In this document: positions 40,289 through 52,460 of the stretch, piece after piece
Layout of the letters: every line of letters begins with the position of its first letter
How positions within the stretch are numbered: position 1 is the first letter of the stretch
NCBI RefSeq assembly: GCF_006345805.1
Contig: NC_043005.1
Coordinates: forward strand, 75,578,001 to 75,642,000
DNA: 64,000 nt
Reading direction: 5' to 3'
DNA from: Octopus sinensis
Lineage: Eukaryota
Notes under the pieces: generated by a model
Told to the model about the DNA's origin: nothing
The model's input: only the letters and a program-made list of their open reading frames with translations
Database searches by the model: none
Program-made: the position numbers and the translations under genes

Positions 40289-40847
40289 CCCTTTAATGTT
40301 TAAACCATATCTGGCCCAAATATTATACCTGTTTTACATTCAAACTGGCCATATTCAGCCTCTCACACCTTCTCTATGATGTCATACTAAAATTAAACAA
40401 GCATAGGTGCAGGCTCAGGCGTGGCTGTTGGTAAGAAGCTTGTTTTCCAATTACATGGTTCTGGGTTCAGTCTCATTGCATGACACTTTGGTTAAGTGTT
40501 TTCTACTATAGCTGCAGGCCAACCAAAGCCTTGTGAGTGGATTTGGTAGAGAGAAACTGAAAGAAGCCTGTTGGTGTGCTTATGTCCCCGTAACTTACCA
40601 GTTTGGCAAAAGGCACCAATACTAAGCTTTAAAAATAATAAGTGTCCTGGTGGGGTATCGACTTGTTTCACTAAAAGTCCTTCAAGGCAGTGCCCCAGTA
40701 TGGCCACAGTCAGATGACTAAAACAAGTGAAAGAATAAAAGAATTCATCATTGAAGTCTCAGTGCGAAAAGATCATGAACAAATAATTCAAAACAATGTG
40801 AACAAATTAATATAACAGCCGACAGATTTATCTGAAATTCTAAAGGG
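40289..40847. mobile_element. piggyBac-type MITE containing a SINE A (40403-40742)
   Basis: tcaa|cccttta ... taaaggg|ttaa; homologous to 58690-59223. Confidence 0.7.
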
Positions 40848-40859
40848 TTAAAACATATA

Positions 40860-41265
40860 CTCTTTTACTTGTTTCAGTCATGTGACTGTGGCCATGCTCG
40901 AGCACCGCCTTTAGTTAAGCAAATCGGCCCCAGTACTTATTCTTTGTAAGCCTAGTACTTATTCTATCATTCTCTTTTGCTGAACCACTAAGTTACGGGG
41001 ATGTAAATACACCAGCATCGGTTGTCAAGCAATGTTGGGGGGACAAACACACACACACACAAACATATACACACACATACATATATATGTACATATATGC
41101 GACGGGCTTCTTTCAGTTTCTGTCTACCAAATCCACTCATAAGGCTTTGGTCGGCCCGAGGCTATAGTAGAAGACACTTGCCCAAGGTGCTACACAGTGG
41201 GACTGAACCCGGAACCATGTGGTTCGTAAGCAAGCTACTTGCCACATAGCCACTCCTATGCCTAT
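40860..41265 (-). mobile_element. SINE family A, full length
   Basis: Reverse complement of the 56560 copy. Confidence 0.9.
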
Positions 41266-41517
41266 GTTCATAATGAAATATTATTAGGAATTGTATTAAA
41301 AAAAAATTGTTAAAATATTTTGTGTATAACCAATTTAATGGACCCTAGTTGAGAACCCCTGGTCTATAGGATCACTCAACCTGCTAGAAGTAGCACCAAA
41401 TCTCCCTCAAGTAACTTTATACTTTCCTTAGAAACGGGACACATTGGTTAGTGTAGATCTGGGTTCTTTGGTGAAAAGATGGGATGGTTATGGGATTTCT
41501 CTATAATTTGGTAGGTA

Positions 41518-41732
41518 TATTGGTTTCAAATTTTGGCACAAGGCCAGCAATTTTAGGGGTGGGGTAAGTCAATTACATTGACCCCAGTGTTCAGCTGATA
41601 TTTAGTTTATTGACCCCAAAAGGATGAAAAGCAAAGTCTACCCTGATGGAATTTGAACTCAGAATGTAAAGACATGAAATGCCATTAAGCATTTCACCTG
41701 GTGTGCTAATAATTCTGTGAGCTTACCGCCTA
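41518..41732 (-). mobile_element. SINE family B
   Basis: tggtttcaaattttggcacaagg...ggatgaaaagcaaagtc...atttgaactcag...cttaccgcc. Confidence 0.85.
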
Positions 41733-41799
41733 ATTTGGAAGGTATATTAAATGCCGTTAATGGTAGTGTTTTACTGCCATTTTCTTTCATTCATTCATT

Positions 41800-42730
41800 T
41801 CACATACCCGGGAAGCATTGTCAATAAGGGAGTGGACAATAAGAGATCAGGACATTAAAAAAAAGCATAGGAAAAGTTACAGCTGCCTCCTGGATGTTCA
41901 GGACCATCAGGGGATCATGAACTTTGTCAATACATACAAAACTCAAGGTCTTAAATATGAACATGAAAATAGTTTTGTTGTACTGGCATGGAACATGGTG
42001 AGTCACAAAGTTCTTCATTGACAAACTCCAAACAATTGAAAATAGTTGTTCCTGGAACATCGTTTAGGTGAGATTACAAGACAGACTCAAAAATAAGGCC
42101 TTTATGGAAATAGATGAACAAGTAACCTATTAAGGCCCAGATCAGGAGGAGGAAGTGGGGTTGACTGGGACCCCCTCCCACCAGCAGGATCACCATCTCC
42201 AGTAGGACAAAGCAAGGCCTTCATGGACACCCCAAATTCCACCAAGGTTGACTTTGCCTTTCATCCTTCTAGGGTTGATAAATTAAGTGCCAGTTGTGTA
42301 CTGGGGTTGATCTAATCGACTGGCCCCCTCCCCCAAAATTTCGGACCTTGTGCTTTGAGTAGAAAAGAATATAGAGAAGGAAACACAGAAAATGAAACAC
42401 TGGCAGGCAGTTACACCTGAGGACAACTGCTGTTCATTGCTAAAGATTGAGACAAATGGAAATGTCTATTTGGTGCTCTGTGTTCCATATGGAGTCAAAG
42501 GAATTAAGAAGAACAATGGTATTGGTGAACAATATTTACCCAAAACAATGTGGAGAAGGTCCACAGAAACTGAAGCACTGGCATGTAGCTACCTCTGAGG
42601 ACAACTGCAGTTCATTACTGAAGAACTCAGACAAATGGAGATCTCCTGTTGGTGCCCTATGTTCCATGTGGAGTCAAAGGAATGAAGTAGAAGAACAATG
42701 GTAGTGGTGAACAATATTTACTAAAAATGA
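41800..42730 (+). pseudogene. Second RTE-clade LINE 3' fragment, interrupted by a SINE B (42232-42370), with a duplicated 3' end
   Basis: IDKLQTIENSC, PIKAQIRRRKWG and DKWRSPVGALCSMWSQRN resemble RTE C-terminal motifs. Confidence 0.6.
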
Positions 42731-43189
42731 GGAAAGATCTGTGAAGAATAAGAGAATTTAAAGTTTGAATTTAACTTCACATGATAACTGTAGACAGCAT
42801 CATATAAATTTTTATTTCAATCTTATCTATAAGCCAGATGCTACATCTTCCAATGACCTCCTATCTTAAATCATAACCTCACAGTCAATTTATTCATCTT
42901 CAAAGGAGCCAAGTCTTGTTGACTGTTTGTCAGATTAAATAATTCCCAGATGGCTATTCAGTATCTTTCCACTGTCCCCCAACCTCCAATAAAATCTCTC
43001 TGCCATTGGATGTTAATAATCTAAAACTATCTCATGGTCTGCTGTATATGAGAGGAAGTATATATTCCTAACATTATGTGAACAAATGTTTTCTCTCTTC
43101 TGAAAGCTGTACCCTACAACATTTTTAATACCCTTAAGGATACAAATATCACGGGTGAACTTTGTTTTATTTATACAACATGAAACTCA

Positions 43190-43715
43190 AATACACATAT
43201 ATATGTATCTGTGTGTGTGTGTGTGTGTGTGTATCTGTATGTGTGTGTTTACATATGTATGTGTGTATGTTCATATATATATGCACATACATACACACAT
43301 GTGTATACATGTATACATATGTGTATATGGATACATACAAACACACACACATATATATACATATGCATATATATGGATGTACATATATATCTATGTGTGT
43401 GTGTGTGTGTATATATATATATCTATATGTGTGTGTGTATCTATATGTGTGTGTGCGTATATATATGTCTATATACACTTACACACATGTATATACATGT
43501 ATTCACATGTGTATATGGATATGTACAAACGCACACGTATATATATATATATGCATATATGGATGTACATATGTATCTGTATGTGTGTGTGTATAACTAT
43601 ATATATATAAATATATATGCAGATGTTTGTATACATACATACATGTGTATATTTGTATGCATATGTATGTGACATGTGTGTGTGTCTATATATGCATCTA
43701 TGTCTATATATGTAT
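43190..43715. repeat. Compound (TA/TG/CA)n low-complexity tract
   Basis: Directly visible. Confidence 0.9.
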
Positions 43716-43717
43716 CT

Positions 43718-44040
43718 GAGGGCACGTGGCTTAGTGGTTAGGGCATTCGGCTCATGATCGTAAGGTTGTGAGTTCGATTCCCGGCGACGCGTTGTGTCCC
43801 TGAGCAAGACACTTTATTTCACGTTGCTCCAGTCCACTCAGCTGGCAAAAATGAGTTGTACTTGTATTTCAAAGGGTCAGCCTTGTCACTCTCTGTGTCA
43901 CACTGATTTTCCCCGAGAACTACGTTAAGGGTACACGTGTCTGTGGAATGCTCAGCCATTTGCACGTTAATTTCACGAGCAAGCTGTTCCGTTGATCGTA
44001 TCAGCTGGGACCCTCGTCGTCGTAACCGGCGGAGTCTTTG
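43718..44040 (+). mobile_element. SINE family C with alternative tail; young copy
   Basis: A box tggcttagtgg, B box gagttcgattccc, gttgtgtccctgagcaagacactttatttc; CpGs retained. Confidence 0.9.
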
Positions 44041-44384
44041 AATATATGTATCTATATATATATCTACGTGTATATATATATAAACATGTATGTGTACACA
44101 CATACACCCACACACACACACCCACACACATACACTCACACACACCCACCCACACACATACACCCACACACACACACCCACACACATACACCCACACACA
44201 CACACATGGCAGGTGCAATGGTTTAAGTATAAATGCAGACAAGTTAAGCAAATAGTTTAGCAGTGAATTAGTGCTCAGACAGGTGAGGTTCTTAAATTCC
44301 ATCTTCTTAATCAAGGTAAAGTAGTCCAGCTAAACAAGAGTTCTTTAGCTTTCATCTTTTACTTGTTTCAATCATTTGACTGTA

Positions 44385-44622
44385 TGGCACCTTGGGCAAG
44401 TGTCTTCTACTATAACCTTGGGCCAACCAAGGCCTTGTGAGTGAATTTGGTAGACAGAAACTGGAAGAAGCCCGTTGTGTATGTATGTATGTATGTATGT
44501 ATGTATGTATGTATGTATGTATGTATGTATGTATGTATGTATGTATGTATGTATGTATGATGTATGTATGTATGTGTGTGTGTGTGTGGTGTGTGGTGTG
44601 TGTGTGTGGTGTGTGTGTGTGT

Positions 44623-44654
<32 letters not shown>

Positions 44655-44928
44655 GTGTGTGTGTGTGTGTATTTATGTATTTATTTATTTATTTATTTAT
44701 CTATTTATGTGTGAGTGTGTCTTTGTATCTGTGTTGTCGCCTCACCATTGCTTGGCAACCAATGATAGTGTGCTTATGTCTCCATAACTTAGTGGTTCGG
44801 CAAAGAGACCAATAAAATAAGTACTAGGCTGACGAAGAATAAGTCCTGAGGTCGGTATGTTTAACTAAAACCCTTTAAGGCAGTGCTCCCGCATGGTCGT
44901 AGTCAGATAACTGAAAAAGGTGAAGGAA
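44385..44928 (+). mobile_element. SINE family A with expanded internal (TATG)n/(TG)n
   Basis: ccttgggcaagtgtcttc...aagaagcccg, ~230 bp of microsatellite, then the 3' half. Confidence 0.8.
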
Positions 44929-45139
44929 TATTTTCGTGCTCTTTTTTTCCATTATTTTAAAAACTTTTTACTTGTTTCAATCATTTCCGCATAGTGATCA
45001 TCCCTCTCACATGTATGTAATACAACTTACTCAACCTTCAGATTTTAATATGCTAGACCACTGGTTTTAAATTGATGTTAATCAAATTAATATCCAATTT
45101 TTCACCCACATTTTAAATTTACACACACATATATATATA

Positions 45140-45487
45140 TCAAATGGAAATTGTAGCTATGATACCTGTGCCGGTGGCACGTAAAAAGCACCATCCGAAT
45201 GTCGCCGATGCCAGCGCTGCCTTGACTGGCTTCTGTGCCAGTGGCATGTAAAAAGCACTAACCGATCGTGACCACTGCCAGCCTCCCCTGCACCTGCGCT
45301 GGTGGCATGTTAAAAGCACCCATTACACTCACGGAGTGATTGGCGTTAGGAAGGGCATCCAGCTGTAGAAACACTGCCAGAGCAGACTGGAGCCTGGTGC
45401 AGCCTCGTGGCTTCCCAGAACCTGGTCGAACCGTCCAACCTGTGCTTGCACAGAAAATGAACGTTAAATGATGATGATGATGATGAT
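45140..45487 (+). mobile_element. Family D (RTE 3' UTR) copy
   Basis: ggcacgtaaaaagcaccatccg units, ggcgttaggaagggcatccagctg, (atg)n tail. Confidence 0.85.
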
Positions 45488-46139
45488 ATATATATACACA
45501 CACACATGTGTATGTATGTATATATATATATGTGTGCGTGTGCATCAGTGTATGTGCACACATGTGTATCTGTGCATCCCCGTATATGTGTCTCGGTTTA
45601 CTAAATAAGATATAACACTGTTTCCCCTCTGCCTGGATCTGATATACAAGCCATATGTTACTTGACTTATAAGGTTTCCAAAATGTCAGAGATGCTTCCT
45701 TGGGTCCTTTCTACCTTTAACCATTCGTATCTAGTGTAAATATTTACTGCTTAATCTAAGATAAGACCAGGAAATTCTAAAAGAAACACTTCACAACATT
45801 GGTTTGCTATTCTGCTGACCAAATTGGGTATAAAATTGTTCAGTATTTTTCACAAAAATTTTTCTTTGTTTTTTCTTTTTCATATTTGTTTTCATTTGAA
45901 CATCAACTTAAACATATAGATAGTTTATTTCATGTACATGTGAATATGTGTCAACACGCACACATTCACACACACATACAGACTCACAAATGTACTGTAA
46001 CACACTCTGCTGTACATGTACTGTAACACACACTAACAAACACACGTATTAGCACACACACACACACACTGGTACACACACTCACTGACATACAGACACC
46101 TATTTGTCTGTCTGTCCTCTGTATGTCTCTAGCTAGCTG

Positions 46140-46212
<73 letters not shown>
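46140..46212. repeat. (TATC)n microsatellite
   Basis: Directly visible. Confidence 0.95.
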
Positions 46213-47517
46213 GTTTTTCTGAATGTCTGTTTATCTATTTGTCTGTCTGTCTATCAATCAATCAGTTAATCTATCTACCTTTCTATCTATCTATTTGTCT
46301 CTTTTTCTCTCTCTCTGTCTATCAATTCATCCAACAATCCATTCATATAAATAGTTGAGAAATTTTGATTTTCTATTCAAACTTTTATCAACTTGGAACA
46401 ATATTGTGATTTTTTCTGTTTTAGTTTGCTAGGCAGTGTATATTAGAACAGAAATTTCAGTTTGTATATGGATTTGTGAAACTCTAGTTTATTTTAAAAG
46501 TGATAGATCTTGTTTACAATAAGAATCAGATACACTTGTCATATCTGTTTTCTTTAAGTCTTCTTAAAGGTAAGCATATGTTGATAATATCATATTTTAA
46601 AAGAATTTTTAGTGAGTCCAACATAAGAATAGGTAGCACTGTTATTTATTATGACTATTTCACTAGTAAGCAAATGAAGATGAATCACGTCTTTTAAAAG
46701 CAAACCCAACTGAGACTCTGTTACCCTCAGAACAAAAAGCTATTTTTCTTCTATAAAGTATAATAATACTTCCATAATGGAGTTGTTCAATGATATGAGC
46801 AGTCAACATTGCAAATTTACACAATTTCGTGTAACAGAATTTTACCCCTCCACAAAAATCTTTAATTTTTTTTCTTAGTAATTTTGTACCAATTAGTGAC
46901 TCCAGTATTAATATTATTTATGCAGCAGATATATTCCTTCTATCATTTGATAACTTATTCTGGGTTAATCGTTTTGCTTTGTAGCGTGGTATAAATAAGA
47001 GCTTTATCATTTCCTGGGGTTCCTTCGAAAGATCTCTGGTGTAATGGTACTTGACAAAACATTTAAGTCAGAGATCAGGAAGTCTCTTCCAGGACAAGCT
47101 AGCACTTCTCCACATTGAGAGATCATGGTTCTAGTACTAAGGACATATGATTAGAATGCTGCAGGAAAAGATCACAGGACAAATTCTTGAAACTGAGCCC
47201 CGATTGGTAGGGAATCTAGGAGAAGACTGAAAATGAGATGATGGGAAATTTCCATGGGAATCCAGCTGGATAGTGTAATGATGAATGCTTCTGATAGGAC
47301 CCTAAGGAGGAGGTATTCAAGGACTCTACATCCCACAAGCTTCCCAGAAAAAGTTGATGGCTGGCTGGCTGGATGGATGAATGGGTGGAAGGGTAGGAGA
47401 CAGGTCCATTTTTACAGGTAATGTTCTCATACACACATATATATATACATACATATTACACACTTATATATACATATATATTACATGCATATATATATAT
47501 ATATATATACATACATA

Positions 47518-47690
47518 GGCGTAGGAGTGGCTGTGTGGTAAGTAGCTTGCTTATCAACAATATGGTTCTGGGTTCAGTCCCACTGCATGGCACCTTGGGC
47601 AAGTGTCTTCTACTATAGCCTGGGGCCAACCAAAGCCTTGTGAGTGGATTTGGTAGACAGAAACTGAAAGAAGCCTGTCGTATATATGTA
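47518..47690 (+). mobile_element. SINE family A, 5' half (3' half at 49565-49816)
   Basis: ggcgtaggagtggctgtgtggtaag...aagaagcctgtcgtatatatg. Confidence 0.9.
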
Positions 47691-47696
47691 TGTATA

Positions 47697-48095
47697 TGTA
47701 GGTCCCGGGTTGATTCGGGGTTAACCACAGTAAATAAGGTACTCAATACATAGCAGAGTAAAATTAATTTATTATATAGAAGGAGCTTCTACAGGACTAG
47801 AACTGTTTCATTAAGAGAAATCTTCAGGAAGCTAGTTAACAAGAATTGTATTGGCATTTATACATTAGGCAGGTTTAACGGGGTGTTGGTGGGGGACTTT
47901 TTTGGGGTAGGCATAGCACAAAATATCATACTTGGGGGAGTGGTCAGGAGTCATTGTTAAATTAGATAGAAGAATAAATAAAAAAATAAAAAGATAAAAA
48001 TAAAAAAATAAAATAAAAAAACCTATAAAAATAAAAAAAAAAAAAAACCTATATATAAAAAAAGGGGGGATAGAGTTTAGGTAAAAAGGAGATTC
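47697..48095 (-). mobile_element. Penelope-like terminal-repeat fragment
   Basis: Contains the hammerhead at 47784-47833; inserted in a TA tract. Family assignment is inferred from the ribozyme. Confidence 0.5.
47784..47833 (-). ncRNA. Type I hammerhead ribozyme with intact core
   Basis: agcttc CTGAAGA tttctcttaat GAAA cag ttctagtc ctg TA gaagct: 6-bp helix I, 4-bp helix III, GUA cleavage triplet; helix II weak. Confidence 0.75.
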
Positions 48096-48099
48096 TCAC

Positions 48100-48545
48100 T
48101 TATACCTATGCACACATGTATACATACATACACACACATGCAAACATATATACACATACGACACACATACATACACACACATATATATACATATATATAC
48201 ACTTACACATACACATGCATATACATATCTACACATACACAATATGTATACACACACACCACTCACATGCATACACGTAACACACATGTATATACACACA
48301 CTACCTCACATACATATACGCACAGAAAAATCATATACACATACACACACATACTCACATACACGCATACACACACATATCCACACACACACATGCACAC
48401 ACAGCACACTAGTCCCTATATACACATATATACACATACACCACACATAACACACACATACATACATATACATACATGTATAATATACATATGTGTACCT
48501 ATGCAACCTACACATACACACATAATATTACACATACTAATACAG
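48100..48545. repeat. Degenerate (CA/TA)n tract
   Basis: Directly visible; N-terminal part of the spurious 317-aa ORF. Confidence 0.9.
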
Positions 48546-48564
48546 ACCCATTCCCTAATTTTAA

Positions 48565-49563
48565 TTGAGGCAAGTGCTAATCTAATCAAATCAAATGACA
48601 CTTGTGAAGACCTGTTGAGGCAAGTGATAATAATAATAATAATAATAGTAATAATAATAATAATAATCATAATCATAATCATAATCCAATCAAAACAAAT
48701 CAAAATAGATGAACATCAATGGAATTTGTATCTTTGTGGTACCAATGCGGTGGCACACAAGAAAACCATCGAACGTGGCGGTAGCCAGTACCACATCGTG
48801 CTGTGGGCACGTAACCAACACCATCCGATCGTGGCCGTTCGCCAGCCTCATCTGGCACCTGTGTTGGTGGCACATAAAAACACCATCCAAAGACCCGGCA
48901 AGACTAGTCAGGCCATAACCCGTGGCCCCTACCTGGACGTAGTCAGTCTACTGTGCATACCTTCCTCTTATGACACTTGTGAAGACCTGTTGAGGCAAGT
49001 ATGTGACACTTGTGAAGACCTGTTGAAGCAAGTGAAAGTCAAACCAAATCAAAATAGATGAACATCAATGGAATTTGTATCTTTGTGGTACCAGTGCTGG
49101 TGGCACACAAGAAAACCATCCGAACGTGGCCGTAGCCAGTACCGCATCGACTGGCCTCCGTGCTGTGGCACGTAACAAACACCATCGGGCACGTAACAAA
49201 CACCATCCGATCGTGGCCGTTCGCCAGCCTCATCTGGCACTTGTGTCGGTGGCACATAAAAACACCATCCGAGCGTGGCCGTCTGCCAGCCTCGTCTGGC
49301 ACCTGTGTCGGTGGCACATAAAAAAAAAAAAAAAAAACACCATCCGAGCGTGGCCGTTCGCCAGCCTCGTCTGGCACCTGTGTCGGTGGCACATAAAATC
49401 ACCCACTACACTCTCGGAGTGGTTGGCGTTAGGAAGGGCATCCAGCTGTAGAAACACTGCCAGATCTGACTGGCCTGGTGCAGCCTTCGGGCTCCCCAGA
49501 CTCCAGTTGAACCGTCCAACCCATGCTAGCATGGAAAGCGGACGTTAAATGAGGATGATGATG
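48565..49563 (+). mobile_element. Young, long family D element with ~62-bp tandem array
   Basis: Inverted homolog of 16146-17094; ends aacccatgctagcatggaaagcggacgttaaatgag(gat)n. Confidence 0.9.
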
Positions 49564-49564
49564 T

Positions 49565-49816
49565 GTGTATGTGTGTGTGTGTGTGTGTGTATATGTTTGT
49601 GTATCTGTGTTTGTCCCCCCAGCATCGCTTGACAACCGATGCTGGTGTGTTTTTGTCCCCGTAACTTAGCAGTTCGGCAAAAAAGAGACCTCTAGAATAA
49701 GTACTAGGCTTACAAAGAATAAGTCCTGGGGGCGATTTGCTCGACTAAAAGGCGGTGCTCCAGCATGGCCACAGTCAAATGACTGAAACAAGTAAAAGAG
49801 TAAAAGAGTAAAGAGT
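49565..49816 (+). mobile_element. SINE family A, 3' half
   Basis: tgtttgtccccc..cgcttgacaaccgatgctgg...(gtaaaaga)n tail. Confidence 0.9.
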
Positions 49817-50669
49817 ATTTGATGAAGCACCAATATGGGAACAAATGTTCACAGATGTAAGAGTAGTGGTCAACTACTCAATGAATGAACTGCACTGAAA
49901 TTGAACTCACTTTCTTCATGTTGATGGTATAATAAATACTACTACAACCACTTGGTGAAATTTGATACTTATCCTCTTCAGTATGGAAAATGATTGTAGC
50001 TTGTTTCTTGCAACTTAATTTATTCATTGGTGTATGTGAAGAATGATGGTATTGATCCAGGACTGATTACATGCAACACAATCAACGAACTAAGAATTCA
50101 ACCTGAGGCTGTCTGCAAATCATTAAAGGTATCAGCAGGCTTCCTTATTATATGAAAACAGAGTGAGAGTAGATAAAGAAGAGGGGAATCTGAGAAGCTG
50201 GTACTATTAGACTGTACTGTGAGTAATATAGATGAAGAAGACTAGGTGAAAGAGCCAGGATTGTAAATGGATCCTAAGCCGTGTTATCTTATTGTACTGA
50301 CAATCTTAATGTAGGAATCGCTAAAGCACTTTTTATCATGTTGTTTTAAGAATGAATCCTGTAAACATAGCTGAAAGTTAAGAATGCACATATCCTATAG
50401 CATTCTGATGTAGTATACTTGATATGTTTTGATAACATGGAATTAACCAGCACTTCGACTAAACTCGTTGAAAACTTAATTCTTACTTACTTGTTACAGT
50501 TTAATCGTCAGTTTGCAGTGAGTGTTTATTTGAAACAGTTTGTATGAGGTGTTAGTTATTGGTTTAGCGATTGCATATGGTTTAAATCCACACACTTACT
50601 GTTTCAGATGCTTGAATTTCTGCTTTTTTATTTTGTATATATTATCATCACAAAGTCTAGTGCTTGTTG

Positions 50670-51505
50670 TGGTGTGATGGTTCAAAGACCCCAAGAGTTA
50701 TACCAGTGGAGTGTAAGTTCGTGGTGGGGTCTCCCATGCTGGATAGGTCAAAGGAGAGATAGGCCAGACTCATATGGACCATCATTTCTTTCTGGGAAGG
50801 ATTGACACATATGGGTTTGCTTTGGGCCCAACACCTAAATCTAGAAAAATGAAAAGCAACGTTACAGAAATCATCATCATCATCATTTAACGTCTGCTTT
50901 CCATGCTAGCATGGGCTGGATGATTTGACTGAGGTCTGGTGAACCAGATGGCTGCACCAGACTCCAATCTGATCTGGCAGAGTTTCTACAGCTGGATGCC
51001 CTTCCTAATGCTAACCACTCCGAGAGTGTAGTGGGTGCTTTTACGTGCCACCGGCACAAGGGCCAGTCAGGCTGTACTAGCAACAGCCATGCTCAAATGG
51101 TGCTTTTTATGTGCCACCTGCACAGGAGCCAGTCCAGTGGCACTGGCAACGACCTCGCTTGAATGTTTTTTCACGTGCCACCAGCACAAGTTTTAGTAAG
51201 GTGACGCAGGTAATGATCACACTTGAATGGTGTTTTTAATGTGCCATTGGCACGGAGGCCACCTTGTTGTTCTGGCAACGAACTCACTCGTATGGTACTC
51301 AAAACCTACAAGACCTGAGAGAGGAAGGCTCTCTCTCATGTTAGGACATCCTAAAAGTAGCTGGAGGTGGGGATACTGAGACTGAGCTGAAAAAGCAAGA
51401 ATCTGATTGGAAAGAAGCAAAAAAAAAAAAAACAGCTTCGAGTTGAGAATTGTGGAGAAAAGTCTTTGATGGCCTATGCTCCATAAGGGTTTATAAGGAA
51501 AAAAA
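50670..51505 (+). mobile_element. Probable internally deleted RTE derivative interrupted by a minus-strand family D copy (50872-51270)
   Basis: 5'-UTR-like ggataggtcaaaggagag...gttacagaaa, and a 3' piece encoding GHPKSSWR...WRKVFDGLCS. Confidence 0.45.
50872..51270 (-). mobile_element. Family D (RTE 3' UTR) copy
   Basis: (cat)n ttaacgtctgctttccatgctagcatggg...ctggatgcccttcctaatgc. Confidence 0.88.
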
Positions 51506-51589
51506 AACAAGAATTGTGTATCTGAAGTATACTCTGGTCAGGGATCTCATGACAAACTGGTGAAACTGGCTACTAAATTAAGTAAAGTT

Positions 51590-51835
51590 ACCTTCTTCAG
51601 TCATGCTGACTCATAAGGGCTGTTTTCCAGGTTTCTTGCATAAAAAAAATTTCTTGCCTAGACAGGACGCCGGTCAATTGTAGGATTACTACTTTTTGCC
51701 AGCTGAGTGGACTGGAGCAATGTGAAATGAAGTGTTTTGCTCAAGAACACAATGCATTGCCTGGTTTAGAAATTGAAACCACACTCTTATGATCATGAGT
51801 CCAACACCCAAACCACTAAGCCATGCATCTCCACC
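51590..51835 (-). mobile_element. SINE family C with a third tail type
   Basis: ccagctgagtggactggagcaa...ttgctcaagaacacaa...aaccactaagccatg; tail includes gacaggacgccggtc. Confidence 0.75.
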
Positions 51836-52230
51836 GAAACCTGCTACTGGTATCATGTAATCAATGATTGAATGATCGGTGGCTAAACTGGATCCCCCAC
51901 TTGAGTGGCTCATTACTCTTGTGAGGAGGACATCTGGACACCAAGCAGGACTATAAACAACACCTGTCAAAGGATGGATAAGTTCCTTGTTGACCAGTGG
52001 TCTTGCAAATGGTGAAGGCAATGGCAATTCACCCAAGTACCCTTATCAAGAAAACTCTATGAGGAAGTTATAATGAAGTAATGTTATAGCTTCATCTGAT
52101 GGGAGAACTCATGCTTAATTGAGAAGGCTTTTATTGTGGTGTCATCAACACACTGCAACACACTTTTATTGTGGTGTCATCAACTCATGATACATGACGT
52201 TGATGGTATCTAAAGTAATAAGGTATCTAA

Positions 52231-52460
52231 GGCGGCAAGCTGGCAGAATCGTTAGCACACTGGGTGAAATGCTCAGCGGTATTTTGTCTGCTGCTATGTT
52301 CTGAGTTCAAATTCCGCTGAGGTTGACTTTGCCTTTCATCCTTTCGGGGTTGATTAAATAAGTACCAGTTATGCACTGGGGTCGATATAATCGACTTAAT
52401 CTGTTTGTCTGTTCCTGTTTGTCGCCTCTATGTTTAGCCCCTTGTGGGTAGTAAAGAAAT
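52231..52460 (+). mobile_element. SINE family B, full length with TSD
   Basis: ggcggcaagctggcagaatcgttagc...gagttcaaattcc...gcctttcatcctttcgggg; flanked by aggtatctaa on both sides. Confidence 0.92.

Larger units (their letters stand above)
40207..41361. mobile_element. hAT-type MITE expanded by nested insertions
   Basis: TIRs cagtggttccaaac / gttgagaacccctg; 8-bp TSD atctataa / gtctatag. Confidence 0.75.

Noticed and set aside
43718-43795. tRNA-like sequence with a CAT anticodon-like loop
   Set aside because: No acceptor-stem closure and it runs directly into the SINE C body; a SINE head, not a tRNA gene. The same applies to 15571.
48108-49061. Longest ORF in the window (317 aa)
   Set aside because: Read-through of a (CA/TA)n tract, an (AAT)n tract and a family D repeat; no protein-like content.
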